Below the pieces are notes generated by a model, which saw nothing but the letters and a program-made list of their open reading frames with translations, did not search any database and was not told where the DNA came from. From the NCBI GenBank assembly GCA_964618265.1, contig CAZUAE010000002.1, positions 71,520-135,519 on the forward strand: a DNA stretch of 64,000 nt. The letters are read 5' to 3'. Positions 38,212 through 47,522 of this stretch are shown one piece after another. Made by a program: the position numbers and the translations under genes. The stretch is from an uncultured Spirochaetales bacterium. GTDB lineage: Bacteria > Spirochaetota > Spirochaetia > CAYLLE01. Position 1 is the first letter of the stretch. Each line of letters begins with the position of its first letter.

Positions 38212-39066
38212 CTACTGTAATTCACTGTTTTGAGTCGGGATGCTTTTATCCGGGTAGAGCCGGCCGGTAGCTTCATTCACAAATCGTGACAATACGATCA
38301 GCAAAACATTAGACTTTTCCTGTTCAATGTATCGCAGCCATTTTTTATAAGGTACCTCCTTACAAAAATCTTCCCGCTTTCTTTCAGCGTCTTCTCTTGT
38401 ATCCTGATCCGGAAATGTGCTAAGCAGATAAATGGTAAATCCAATTAATAGTTTTTTCGGTTTTTGTTCCAAGAGTTCTTCTATATAATCCTTAGCTTCT
38501 TCATATTTATTTCCCACCACAAGACTGAATCCTAACAGCAGGAATGTCCAATGTCTTGTTTTACGATACCTTAGACGGGATAGTTCTTTTTTCGACAACA
38601 GATCACGAAAATAATTCTCCATTACATTTTCATCATTAGATAATATTTTGGGTATACCAAAATAAAGAGCAAAATCCAGATGCAGATTTTTTTTCTCCTC
38701 CTCAAGAGTTTTTTTCAAATCCGTTACCTTTTCTGTATTTCCCTTAACTAGGTAAGCATTTATAAGAATTCTTACAAACTGTTTACGATACCTTTTCTTA
38801 TCGTATATCTGCTTTTCCAAATAGACTAATAGAGAGTCCCAATCTTCCCTTTCTAAATAAGTGAAAAATTTCCAATTGAGTATAAAGAAAATATTCATAC
38901 CGATTACTACTGCTGCAAAAAAGAAAGACAATATCCAAATCCATTCTTTAGACCACAATACCTGACTATACTCAGTACCCAAAATTAAAATTGGTACTAA
39001 AAATATAAAAATAAACGAAAATATGATAATTGCATTAAAAAATATAAAAATTAATTTAAATTTCAT
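38212..39066 (-). CDS. Hypothetical membrane protein (2 TM helices plus a helical-repeat region)
   Basis: SD GGAGGG before the ATG at 39066 (MKFKLIF); two N-terminal TM helices. Confidence 0.6.
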   Translation of the reverse strand: MKFKLIFIFFNAIIIFSFIFIFLVPILILGTEYSQVLWSKEWIWILSFFFAAVVIGMNIFFILNWKFFTYLEREDWDSLLVYLEKQIYDKKRYRKQFVRILINAYLVKGNTEKVTDLKKTLEEEKKNLHLDFALYFGIPKILSNDENVMENYFRDLLSKKELSRLRYRKTRHWTFLLLGFSLVVGNKYEEAKDYIEELLEQKPKKLLIGFTIYLLSTFPDQDTREDAERKREDFCKEVPYKKWLRYIEQEKSNVLLIVLSRFVNEATGRLYPDKSIPTQNSELQ

Positions 39067-39264
39067 CAAAATTCCCTCCACGTTCTTAATATGCTATTAT
39101 GAAGACAATATTCACATAATAAATACATAGTCTCTTAGTAGAATATCATAAATTTAAATTCATTTACTATACAAGTATAGTAATTATTAATCTGTAGTAA
39201 AAAAAATTGCCGCATAAGATACAATAAGAAATATAAATTGCTGTTACCTGTTAAACTAGATGAT

Positions 39265-39318
39265 AATTCGCTCTTTTATCTTAGGAGGAAGACAATTCTA
39301 AATTGCAAATTTAGAATT
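39265..39318 (-). repeat. Dispersed repeat, modules A+B (inverted)
   Basis: The reverse complement AATTCTAAATTTGCAATTTAGAATTGTCTTCCTCCTAAGATAAAAG matches 19160-19206. Confidence 0.8.
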
Positions 39319-39330
39319 TCTGAAACTAGA

Positions 39331-39360
39331 TTTACATTTTTTACATAAATCCACTATACT
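39331..39360 (+). promoter_or_regulatory. Possible sigma70 promoter for the HD-GYP gene
   Basis: TTTACA-N18-TATACT immediately upstream of the start at 39370. Confidence 0.4.
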
Positions 39361-39369
39361 AATAACGGG

Positions 39370-40533
39370 ATGAATAACGCGATGAACAAAATCATTGTCA
39401 ACAGCCTCGTTCCGGGTACGTACTTTACCGAAAAAGTATACCTTGAAGGTAAATATGTGTTACTCTCGCCTGAAACTCAAGTTACTCGGGAACTAATAAA
39501 CCGTCTACAAAAATGGGGATATACCGAAGTACAGACATTAGGAGAGCAGGTTAATTCACCCATAGTTGAGATGGGAAGTACATCAAAAAATGATTCTACT
39601 CTCAATGCCGACATTAAAGAATCAGAAAAAATAAATGAAGTTAGAGATTTTATCCAGAATCTTCTAAATTATACAGAAAAACTTTTTACCGATTTCGTAA
39701 CGAAAAACATTCTACCCATACAGAATCTATCAGATAAAATAAAAGAAGTAATTGATATGATGCGGAACAGAAAAAAATATATGCTCCGTTTAACAGATAT
39801 CAAAGAAGACGAAAAGAATTATATAGTGGTGCATTCGGTTAAAACAACAATTCTATCAATAGCCTTAGGCATAAACATGAAACTGGTTAACCATCGTCTG
39901 ATCGAACTGGGTACAGCCTCCCTTTTGCATACAGTCGGCATGATCCGATTACCACCGCAACTGTATCTTACAAAGAAAAAGCTATCTCCACAAGAACGTA
40001 AAGCAATTACTGCTCATCCTGTATTGGGTTTTAAAATTTTAAAATCATTCAATTTTCCGTCTAACATATCCCTTGCCGTATTAGAATGCCAGGAGCATAT
40101 AGACGGATCAGGATATCCACGGGGTTTAACTGGAGATAAAATTTCTCTCTATGCCAAAATAATACGCATTACGAGTTCTTTTGCAGCCTTAACTTCACCG
40201 CGCCCCCATCGGGGGGCAATGGATGGTCATCACGGAATTTTGGATATGCTTAAATTAAGCGGAACGGTGTATGATGAAACAATTCTAAAATCATTAATTT
40301 TAATATTATCTTTATATCCTATTGGAACTTATGTAAAGATATCGAATGGATCAATAGGTATTGTTGTTGAAACAGATGATACTAATGTTAGAACTCCTCA
40401 TGTAAAACTCCTTTTTACAGAAAAAGGAGAAAGATTTAACGATACAGTAATAATTAGAACCTCAGATGAACAGTATAAAATCATTCAAACATTGAAAGTG
40501 GACGAAATTCCACAGGCAGCTTCACATACATAA
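39370..40533 (+). CDS. HD-GYP domain protein with degenerate metal ligands
   Basis: HSV..LLHTVG (HD to HT), HPVLG, ECQEHIDGSGYP (HHE to CQE), ITSSFAA, RPHR. Confidence 0.8.
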   Translation: MNNAMNKIIVNSLVPGTYFTEKVYLEGKYVLLSPETQVTRELINRLQKWGYTEVQTLGEQVNSPIVEMGSTSKNDSTLNADIKESEKINEVRDFIQNLLNYTEKLFTDFVTKNILPIQNLSDKIKEVIDMMRNRKKYMLRLTDIKEDEKNYIVVHSVKTTILSIALGINMKLVNHRLIELGTASLLHTVGMIRLPPQLYLTKKKLSPQERKAITAHPVLGFKILKSFNFPSNISLAVLECQEHIDGSGYPRGLTGDKISLYAKIIRITSSFAALTSPRPHRGAMDGHHGILDMLKLSGTVYDETILKSLILILSLYPIGTYVKISNGSIGIVVETDDTNVRTPHVKLLFTEKGERFNDTVIIRTSDEQYKIIQTLKVDEIPQAASHT

Positions 40534-40556
40534 ATTATCACAGGAGTTCTCATAGT

Positions 40557-42218
40557 ATGAGCAAAAATATTGCTGTAAAAATTCCGGCAGGTGCTATTAC
40601 AGTTCCCAGAGGAACATTAGTAAAAGAAATTATTACCAAAGAGTATTTTCCAAAACATTATCCTGAAATAGTTGCGGTATACTGCAATAATGAAGTGACG
40701 AGTTTAAGTTCTCCTATTGATATTAATGCCGAACTTAGACCAATAACTTTTTTTGATCCAGAAGGTGTCCGGGTTTATCGCCGCTCTCTCTGTTTTTTAT
40801 TTTCCATGGTCATTCGGAAACTTTTTTCCGACCGTAGATTGATAATCGGCCATTCTATCGCAAATGGATATTACTACTATTTTGAAAAGATCGAAAAAAT
40901 ATCTAATGATGAAATACAGCAGATTACCGATTTGATGCAGAAATATATCGATCAAAACCTGCCAATAACTCCTAAGATTTATTCTTATTGTGATGCGCAA
41001 AAATACTTTTCAGATAATAATATGCAAGACACTGCCATGCTTCTTGAACATCGGAATGAAAATAGAATCGGTATTCAAGCCTGTGATGGATATATCGATT
41101 TATCTCATGGACCGTTAGTCTCAAATACCGGGATTTTGGGTACTTACCAAGTTGTTTCACACGGTCAAGGGATGATTCTTCGATATCCTAGTCATGCAGA
41201 CCCTTTCAAAATACGACCGTTCGAACCAAGTCCGCTTCTTTTTTCTATCTACACCGAATACCAAAGATGGGGGGCGATACTCAATGTTAATTCAGCTGGT
41301 AAATTGAATCGGTTGTCAAAAGGTGGAGAGATAGGTGGTTTTATCAAGGTTGCTGAAACTCTGCATGATAAAAAAATAGCCGAAATCGCAAATAAAATCG
41401 AGGAGATGGGTGGGGAGGGCAAAATAATTCTTATTGCCGGACCTTCATCTTCAGGAAAAACAACGTTTTCTAAAAAACTTGCTATCCATCTTACCGTATT
41501 AGGATTTAACCCGAAAGTTATTAATCTGGATAACTATTTTCATTCCAGAGACAAAACTCCAAAAAACGAAAAAGGTGAATATGACTTTGAAAGTCTTTAT
41601 GCAATTGATGTTCCTCTCCTGAATGACCATCTTCTCGCTCTCATGAAAGGTGAAAAGGTATCCATCCCATCCTTCGATTTTAAAGCCGGTGTTCGAAAGT
41701 ATGAAGATAATATTATGTCGCTACACAAGAACGATGTTCTTATGATGGAAGGTATACATGCTTTGAATAATGATCTTACACCCGAAATTGATATGGAAAA
41801 AAAATTCAAGATCTACGTTTCAGCTTTGACTCAGTTAAATATTGATTCGCGGAATCGTATATCAACTACAGATAATAGATTGATAAGACGTTTAGTGCGG
41901 GATTACAAATTCCGAGGACATTTAGCCCTAGATACATTTAGAATGTGGCCAAGTGTACGGGCGGGAGAAAATACAAACATCTTTCCCTATCAGGATACTG
42001 CTGACGCAGCTTTTAATTCCGCTTTAGATTATGAATTAGGAATACTAAAAAATCATGCCGTAACGCTGTTAAAAGATGTAAAGCCGTATAACGAACAATA
42101 CCACGAATCTTTACGGTTATTATCTTTTCTTGAAAACTTTGTATCCATTCCTGATTCTTATGTTCCACAGCATTCGATTCTAAGGGAATTCATCGGGGGA
42201 AGCGGATTCCATTACTAG
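40557..42218 (+). CDS. Nucleoside/uridine kinase fused to a TGS/ThrRS-like N-terminal region
   Basis: VYRRSLCFL and YIDLSHGPLV (ThrRS N-terminal-like); P-loop AGPSSSGKTT; EGIHALN; DNRLIRR. Confidence 0.85.
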   Translation: MSKNIAVKIPAGAITVPRGTLVKEIITKEYFPKHYPEIVAVYCNNEVTSLSSPIDINAELRPITFFDPEGVRVYRRSLCFLFSMVIRKLFSDRRLIIGHSIANGYYYYFEKIEKISNDEIQQITDLMQKYIDQNLPITPKIYSYCDAQKYFSDNNMQDTAMLLEHRNENRIGIQACDGYIDLSHGPLVSNTGILGTYQVVSHGQGMILRYPSHADPFKIRPFEPSPLLFSIYTEYQRWGAILNVNSAGKLNRLSKGGEIGGFIKVAETLHDKKIAEIANKIEEMGGEGKIILIAGPSSSGKTTFSKKLAIHLTVLGFNPKVINLDNYFHSRDKTPKNEKGEYDFESLYAIDVPLLNDHLLALMKGEKVSIPSFDFKAGVRKYEDNIMSLHKNDVLMMEGIHALNNDLTPEIDMEKKFKIYVSALTQLNIDSRNRISTTDNRLIRRLVRDYKFRGHLALDTFRMWPSVRAGENTNIFPYQDTADAAFNSALDYELGILKNHAVTLLKDVKPYNEQYHESLRLLSFLENFVSIPDSYVPQHSILREFIGGSGFHY

Positions 42219-42231
42219 GGGCTTCTTAAAA

Positions 42232-43518
42232 TTATACCGTATCGTCTATTAGACGAACTACATTATCCCTTATATCTTTTATACTCCGTTCAAAATTCGG
42301 AACAGAAATAAATCTTTGTCTAATATATCTTTTAGTGGCACGGAAGCCGTATTTTCTCATAAGAGATAAAATAGTAGAAAATTCAGCCGGATTGTTTACG
42401 GATTTAAAAAGAGGTTCCTCATCAGCAAGTAATCCAAAATAATAGTCCACATCCAAAGCAGATACAGTATCATATTTTCTTCCATGTGTACCGCTTTTAT
42501 AAGACTTTAGTTTTTGAATATCCTCATCTAACTTTTTACAAATCCCTTTTCTGTATACGGTCTTAAGAATTTGGAATTTTATTAAAGATTGCGTTCTATC
42601 TTGATTGGTTCCCGATTTGATGGAACTCGGTATATCTACCGTTACAAGTAATTCTCCACGATTATCAGTCCCTAATATAACTTCATTCCAAAAATCCTGT
42701 TCTGGTATAATAGGAGTACCGCGAGGACGCAGCTGAATTTTTTTTAATTCATTCAAAGATTTTCCTAATCTTGAGGTAACATCTTTGAGTCTTCTATTTT
42801 CCGGATCTTCTGCAAGTTTATCCAAGTATACCGGTAAAAGTTCTTCTTCAATTAAGCTGACGGCTTGAGATAGAGGCAAAACGGTGTTTTTAAAATAATA
42901 TACTACATCACTCTCCTCTATTCCGCATGGCTCATCCGAAAATTCCTTTAATAATACAGGAAAAAGACGTCTTAATATCCATCTCGTTCCTTTGCCAAGT
43001 TTTTTAAGATCAATGAGAGCTTTATAATTATCATCCCGATCAGAATATTTCCAAAAAGCATAAGTCAAAATCCATAGATTTTTCTGGTCGCGGCGACTAA
43101 TATTTTTATCAACATTAAGATCATTCCATATATTTTCATATCTGGTAAGTATTCTTAATAAGATTTTATATCGTATTATTCCGGGTTTATTTTTTATTAA
43201 TACAGTATGATTTTCAGGCGGATCAGAGATAAATACACCTTCAATTATTCTGAGACTCTCCATTATTTTTTCCCTGGATTCAACAGTTAGCTTAGGGGCA
43301 GCGTAATTTGCCTCTATTTTTGAAGCACCTTCAGCTAGTTTCTGAGCTACTAAAAGTTTAACTTCAGCTAAATTTAATGAAACGGAAATTCTGGACACAT
43401 CTCCACGGACATTATATGAGGACTGATATAAATCGGTTATTTTCGCTTCCTGTTTTTTTAATATTGACAAGTCGGTACGCCATTTAGATTCCAAATCGCT
43501 CATATATAAATAATACAA
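42232..43518 (-). CDS. Hypothetical protein, 423-428 aa (start probably 43503)
   Basis: Long ORF with the local codon usage; no recognised motif. Confidence 0.65.
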   Translation of the reverse strand: MYYLYMSDLESKWRTDLSILKKQEAKITDLYQSSYNVRGDVSRISVSLNLAEVKLLVAQKLAEGASKIEANYAAPKLTVESREKIMESLRIIEGVFISDPPENHTVLIKNKPGIIRYKILLRILTRYENIWNDLNVDKNISRRDQKNLWILTYAFWKYSDRDDNYKALIDLKKLGKGTRWILRRLFPVLLKEFSDEPCGIEESDVVYYFKNTVLPLSQAVSLIEEELLPVYLDKLAEDPENRRLKDVTSRLGKSLNELKKIQLRPRGTPIIPEQDFWNEVILGTDNRGELLVTVDIPSSIKSGTNQDRTQSLIKFQILKTVYRKGICKKLDEDIQKLKSYKSGTHGRKYDTVSALDVDYYFGLLADEEPLFKSVNNPAEFSTILSLMRKYGFRATKRYIRQRFISVPNFERSIKDIRDNVVRLIDDTV

Positions 43519-43568
43519 CAGGATAAGGGTATAAGGAAAGGCTTAACTTTATTAATTATCACTGCTCA

Positions 43569-43597
43569 GGAATTCAAATTTGTTAATTTATAATTGC
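43569..43597. repeat. Degenerate module A of the dispersed repeat
   Basis: GGAATTCAAATTTGTTAATTTATAATTGC against GCAATTCTAAATTTGCAATTTAGAATTGC. Confidence 0.5.
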
Positions 43598-43648
43598 TGT
43601 GCTGCCCTTGCTGTACATGAATAAAAGATCTCGGTATGATAAACTGTT

Positions 43649-43891
43649 ATGAAGTATAAGATAAATCTACTTATTTATCCTGAGGGTGATCAAAGAGAAA
43701 TATCACATCCTTTAAATTTTGATCAGCTGGTAGATATTAATGGCGGTCCATTGAAACTACCGCTTCCCACAAGGAAAATGATTGTGTATAGAGTTTTCCG
43801 CATATCAACAAGGGAAACTAGAAATGAAAATATTACTGAATATCATTTAGAACAGGTATGGAGCGATGAATTAAAAGCATATACAAGATGA
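43649..43891 (+). CDS. Small hypothetical protein (80 aa)
   Basis: Plausible protein composition (YPEGDQREISHPL..VDINGGPLKLPLPT..VYRV); converges on aat. Confidence 0.6.
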   Translation: MKYKINLLIYPEGDQREISHPLNFDQLVDINGGPLKLPLPTRKMIVYRVFRISTRETRNENITEYHLEQVWSDELKAYTR

Positions 43892-43903
43892 ACAGGTAAC
43901 CGT

Positions 43904-44644
43904 TCAAGAAAACGAAATGCTATTAATTTTTTCATCAAACATGAGTCCCCAATTCCCCTTTCTGGTCCGTCCTTTTAGAGCTTTATTTAATACGTCCATA
44001 TACTCATTACGTGGTATTTCCTCTGCGCCAAACCTCTCAAGATGAGAAGTATAAACTTGACTGTCTATTAATAAAAAGCCTTCTCTACTTAACAAAGTAA
44101 CTAACATGACAAATCCGGCTTTCGAGGCATTGTCCTGTTCAGTAAACATCGATTCCCCAAAAAAAATATCTCCTAAGGAAACACCGTATAGCCCCCCGGC
44201 AAGGCAGTCACCTGCCCAGATTTCCATAGAATGGGCATATCCCAGCTCATTCAAAATGGAGTAGCCTTTAATCATTTCTTCGGTTATCCAAGTGCCGTTT
44301 TGCCCTGGTCTTTCCGCTATGGCACACCTTGATATAACCTTTCTAAAAGATTTATCGAATGTATAGGTAAAGTGATCTTTCTTTAATATTTTCCTTAGGG
44401 ATCTTTGAATATGAATTTTTTCGGGAAATAGTACATATCTTGGATCAGGACTCCACCAGAGTATTGGTTCTCCCGGAGAATACCATGGGAATATTCCTTG
44501 AGAATATGCCGATAAAAGCATTCCGGGAGAAAGATTACCCCCTACCCCGACGATTCCTTCCGGAGTTGTATTCTCAATGTCAGGAAATTCAAATATCCTC
44601 TTTTCATCCAGATAAGGAAACTCTTCATTCATGAATCTGTCCAT
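43904..44644 (-). CDS. aat: Leucyl/phenylalanyl-tRNA-protein transferase
   Basis: GGNLSPGMLLSAYSQGIFPW, WWSPDPR, TWIT, GGLYGV, FFGESMF, NASK, IDSQ. Confidence 0.97.
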   Translation of the reverse strand: MDRFMNEEFPYLDEKRIFEFPDIENTTPEGIVGVGGNLSPGMLLSAYSQGIFPWYSPGEPILWWSPDPRYVLFPEKIHIQRSLRKILKKDHFTYTFDKSFRKVISRCAIAERPGQNGTWITEEMIKGYSILNELGYAHSMEIWAGDCLAGGLYGVSLGDIFFGESMFTEQDNASKAGFVMLVTLLSREGFLLIDSQVYTSHLERFGAEEIPRNEYMDVLNKALKGRTRKGNWGLMFDEKINSISFS

Positions 44645-44696
44645 TTTATAACGGCTTTTTCTGAATCATTAGTAGTTACGATAATCTTTTGAATTT

Positions 44697-47009
44697 TTAG
44701 ATAGATTCTGTTACCTCTTCTGTATCATTTTCTGACAGGGGGAAGATTACGATATTATCGTTCTGTACATCTGCTTTAGCAGTACCGCCATGCTGTAATT
44801 TTCCAAAAAGTACCGCGTCCACAAAGTACGATTTTATTTTTTCTTCAATTAACCGAGATATATTTCTTGCACCAAATTCAGGGGAATAGCCGTGATCTGC
44901 AATCCATTCTATGCAAGCTTCTGTTGCCTCTAACCGAACGTCTTTCTCAGTAAGCTGCCGGTTAAACTCCAGAAGTTCTTTCTTAACAATTTGTTTTATC
45001 ACTTCTTTGTCTAAATTGTTGAAGACAACTACCTTATCTAATCGATTTCTAAATTCCGGAGAAAAATAACGTTCCACGGCCTCTTCTATTGCTCCCGCAG
45101 AAACAGATCGGTCTCCGAATCCGATCATCGGTTTACCAATTTCCCTTGCACCTGCATTCGAGGTCATAATAATAATAACATTACGAAAATCAGCCTTCTT
45201 ACCCGTATTATCTGTAAGGGTTGCATAATCCATCACTTGAAGCAGTACATTAAAAATATCTTGATGTGCCTTTTCTATTTCGTCCAGCAAGAGTACGGAA
45301 TGAGGGTTTTTCCTTATTGCGTCAGAAAGTAATCCCCCCTCCTCATATCCTACATATCCAGGAGGTGAACCGATAAGCCTACTCACGGTATGTTTTTCCT
45401 GGTATTCACTCATATCAAATCGGTGAAGGGGTACACCTAATGTATTGGAAAGCTGCCTAGCCATTTCAGTCTTGCCGACACCGGTAGGACCGACAAAGAG
45501 AAAATTAGCTACCGGTTTATCTGGATGCCGGAAACCAGCTCTGCTGCGCTTTACCGCTTCTACTACAGGTTCGATTGCCTCCGCTTGTCCAAAAACATTG
45601 CTTCGGAGATCCTGTTCTAAAGAAGCAAGCCTTTCTTTTTCTGAAACTGAAACACTTCGTTCCGGTATATGGGCAATCTTAGAAATAACTTTCTCGATTT
45701 GTTTATCTTCTATGGTTACCGGGGGAGCATCTTCATGACCTTCTCTGAATGTGTTCATCCTCGTGTATGCTCCAGCTTCATCTATAACGTCGATAGCTTT
45801 ATCGGGAAGAAAACGATCATTAATATACTGAGCAGAAAGGTGTACCGCCGTATTGAGAGCACCATCAGTATAGCGTACATTGTGATACTCCTCATATTTT
45901 GGACGCAGCCCCATAAGAATTTCCACTGTTTCATCTTCAGTTGGTTCATTCACATCAATCCGCTGAAAGCGCCTGGACATCGCTCTGTCCTTTTCAAAAT
46001 ACTTTTTGTATTCCTCGTGAGTAGTGGAACCGATACAGCGTATTTTCCCGGACGCAAGTGCAGGTTTCAGCATGTTTGCAGCATCTAGAGAACCTCCGGA
46101 TACAGCGCCAGCCCCGACAACAGTATGAATCTCATCGATGAATAGGATGATCTTTTCCTCTTTAGTTAACTCAGATATTACTTTCTTAATCCGTTCTTCA
46201 AAATCACCGCGAAATCTTGTTCCCGCAAGGATTGAGCCCATATCCAAAGAAAAAATTCTGTAACCCTTTAAAAGATCGGGAACCTTCTCTTCCACAATTC
46301 TATTTGCCAAACCTTCAGTTATAGCTGTTTTACCCACACCGGGATCTCCAACATGGATAGGATTATTTTTTAAACGTCTGCAGAGCACTTGTATTGTTCG
46401 TTCAAGAATATCTTCCCTTCCTATAAGCGGCTCCAAAAGACCTTGATTAGCCAAATCGGTTAGATTTGTAGTGAATTGATCCAAGGCGGACTTTCTTCTT
46501 CTCTTACCACCAGCAGGAATTTCTTCCTCACCATTTTGAAATTCATCTTCTATATCTTCTGAATTATCAGTTTCATCAATACCAACTATATTTAACCCAT
46601 GGGAAATAGTTTCTAATAGATTCAGCCGAGTGACACCAGCCTTCTTAAGGAAATAGGCGCCAAAAGACTTTTCTTCATCAAGTATGGATACCAGAATATC
46701 ACCAATATCCACATCATCTTTTTGTGCGTTTTGGGTATGAAAAAGAGCCCTGTCGATAACATTCTGAAATCCCAACGACCGGAGAGGTTCTCGCTCTGGA
46801 ACTGTGGGTACTTTGTTTTTAAGATGCGCATCCACCTCATTCCTTAATTCATCCGGCTGAACACCACATTCCATTAAGATACTCCTGGGATATTCATAAT
46901 GGAGTGCAGCGTATAATACATGTTCCGGAGTCAAATATTCGTTTTTTCTCTGCTTAGCATCAAGATAAGCAGCATTCAGAATCGTTTCAAGTTCTTCATT
47001 TATCTTCAT
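44697..47009 (-). CDS. clpA: ATP-dependent Clp protease ATP-binding subunit ClpA
   Basis: Two AAA+ modules (GDPGVGKT, FIDEIH; GPTGVGKT, LDEIEKAH), no ClpB middle domain, downstream of clpS. Confidence 0.93.
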   Translation of the reverse strand: MKINEELETILNAAYLDAKQRKNEYLTPEHVLYAALHYEYPRSILMECGVQPDELRNEVDAHLKNKVPTVPEREPLRSLGFQNVIDRALFHTQNAQKDDVDIGDILVSILDEEKSFGAYFLKKAGVTRLNLLETISHGLNIVGIDETDNSEDIEDEFQNGEEEIPAGGKRRRKSALDQFTTNLTDLANQGLLEPLIGREDILERTIQVLCRRLKNNPIHVGDPGVGKTAITEGLANRIVEEKVPDLLKGYRIFSLDMGSILAGTRFRGDFEERIKKVISELTKEEKIILFIDEIHTVVGAGAVSGGSLDAANMLKPALASGKIRCIGSTTHEEYKKYFEKDRAMSRRFQRIDVNEPTEDETVEILMGLRPKYEEYHNVRYTDGALNTAVHLSAQYINDRFLPDKAIDVIDEAGAYTRMNTFREGHEDAPPVTIEDKQIEKVISKIAHIPERSVSVSEKERLASLEQDLRSNVFGQAEAIEPVVEAVKRSRAGFRHPDKPVANFLFVGPTGVGKTEMARQLSNTLGVPLHRFDMSEYQEKHTVSRLIGSPPGYVGYEEGGLLSDAIRKNPHSVLLLDEIEKAHQDIFNVLLQVMDYATLTDNTGKKADFRNVIIIMTSNAGAREIGKPMIGFGDRSVSAGAIEEAVERYFSPEFRNRLDKVVVFNNLDKEVIKQIVKKELLEFNRQLTEKDVRLEATEACIEWIADHGYSPEFGARNISRLIEEKIKSYFVDAVLFGKLQHGGTAKADVQNDNIVIFPLSENDTEEVTESI

Positions 47010-47041
47010 GGGTATCCCTCATTTTTTCTCAAAAATCCTTT

Positions 47042-47359
47042 TTATGCTTTTTCTACAGTACATTTTAAGGGGTATTCAGAATCCCGTGCAGTCTTCATAA
47101 CCTGTTTAGCCTTGGTATTTGCGATATCGTACGTATAGAGACCTACAACACCACGGCCCTTCATATGTACATCCATCATAATGGAAACAGCATCTAACAC
47201 ATTTTTATTAAATATAGATACGAGTATCTCAACAACGAATTCCATAGTTGTATAATGATCATTATGGAGGATAACCTTATACATTTCAGGTTCGCGGATA
47301 TCTTCACGATGTTTCTGTTTTTGTTTCCGAATGGTACCGGAATTAGTATTTCCCGGCAT
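47042..47359 (-). CDS. clpS: ClpS adaptor
   Basis: YKVILHNDHYTTMEFVVEIL, MMDVHMKG, YPLKCTVE. Confidence 0.97.
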   Translation of the reverse strand: MPGNTNSGTIRKQKQKHREDIREPEMYKVILHNDHYTTMEFVVEILVSIFNKNVLDAVSIMMDVHMKGRGVVGLYTYDIANTKAKQVMKTARDSEYPLKCTVEKA

Positions 47360-47522
47360 TTCTCCCCTCCAATGTATCTTCGGAATTAATATAACACAAT
47401 TTATGCTTATTACAAAGAGTTAATTTTGATTAGCTAAGATTATATGATCAGCGACAACTATTTTTATTGGTAAGACTTGTAAAGGAGAGTTAAATAAAGA
47501 GTAAAAGCGTTGTTTATAAATA

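Noticed and set aside
43904-47359. clpS-clpA-aat cluster as a novel system
   Set aside because: This is the well-known N-degron pathway and all motifs are canonical.
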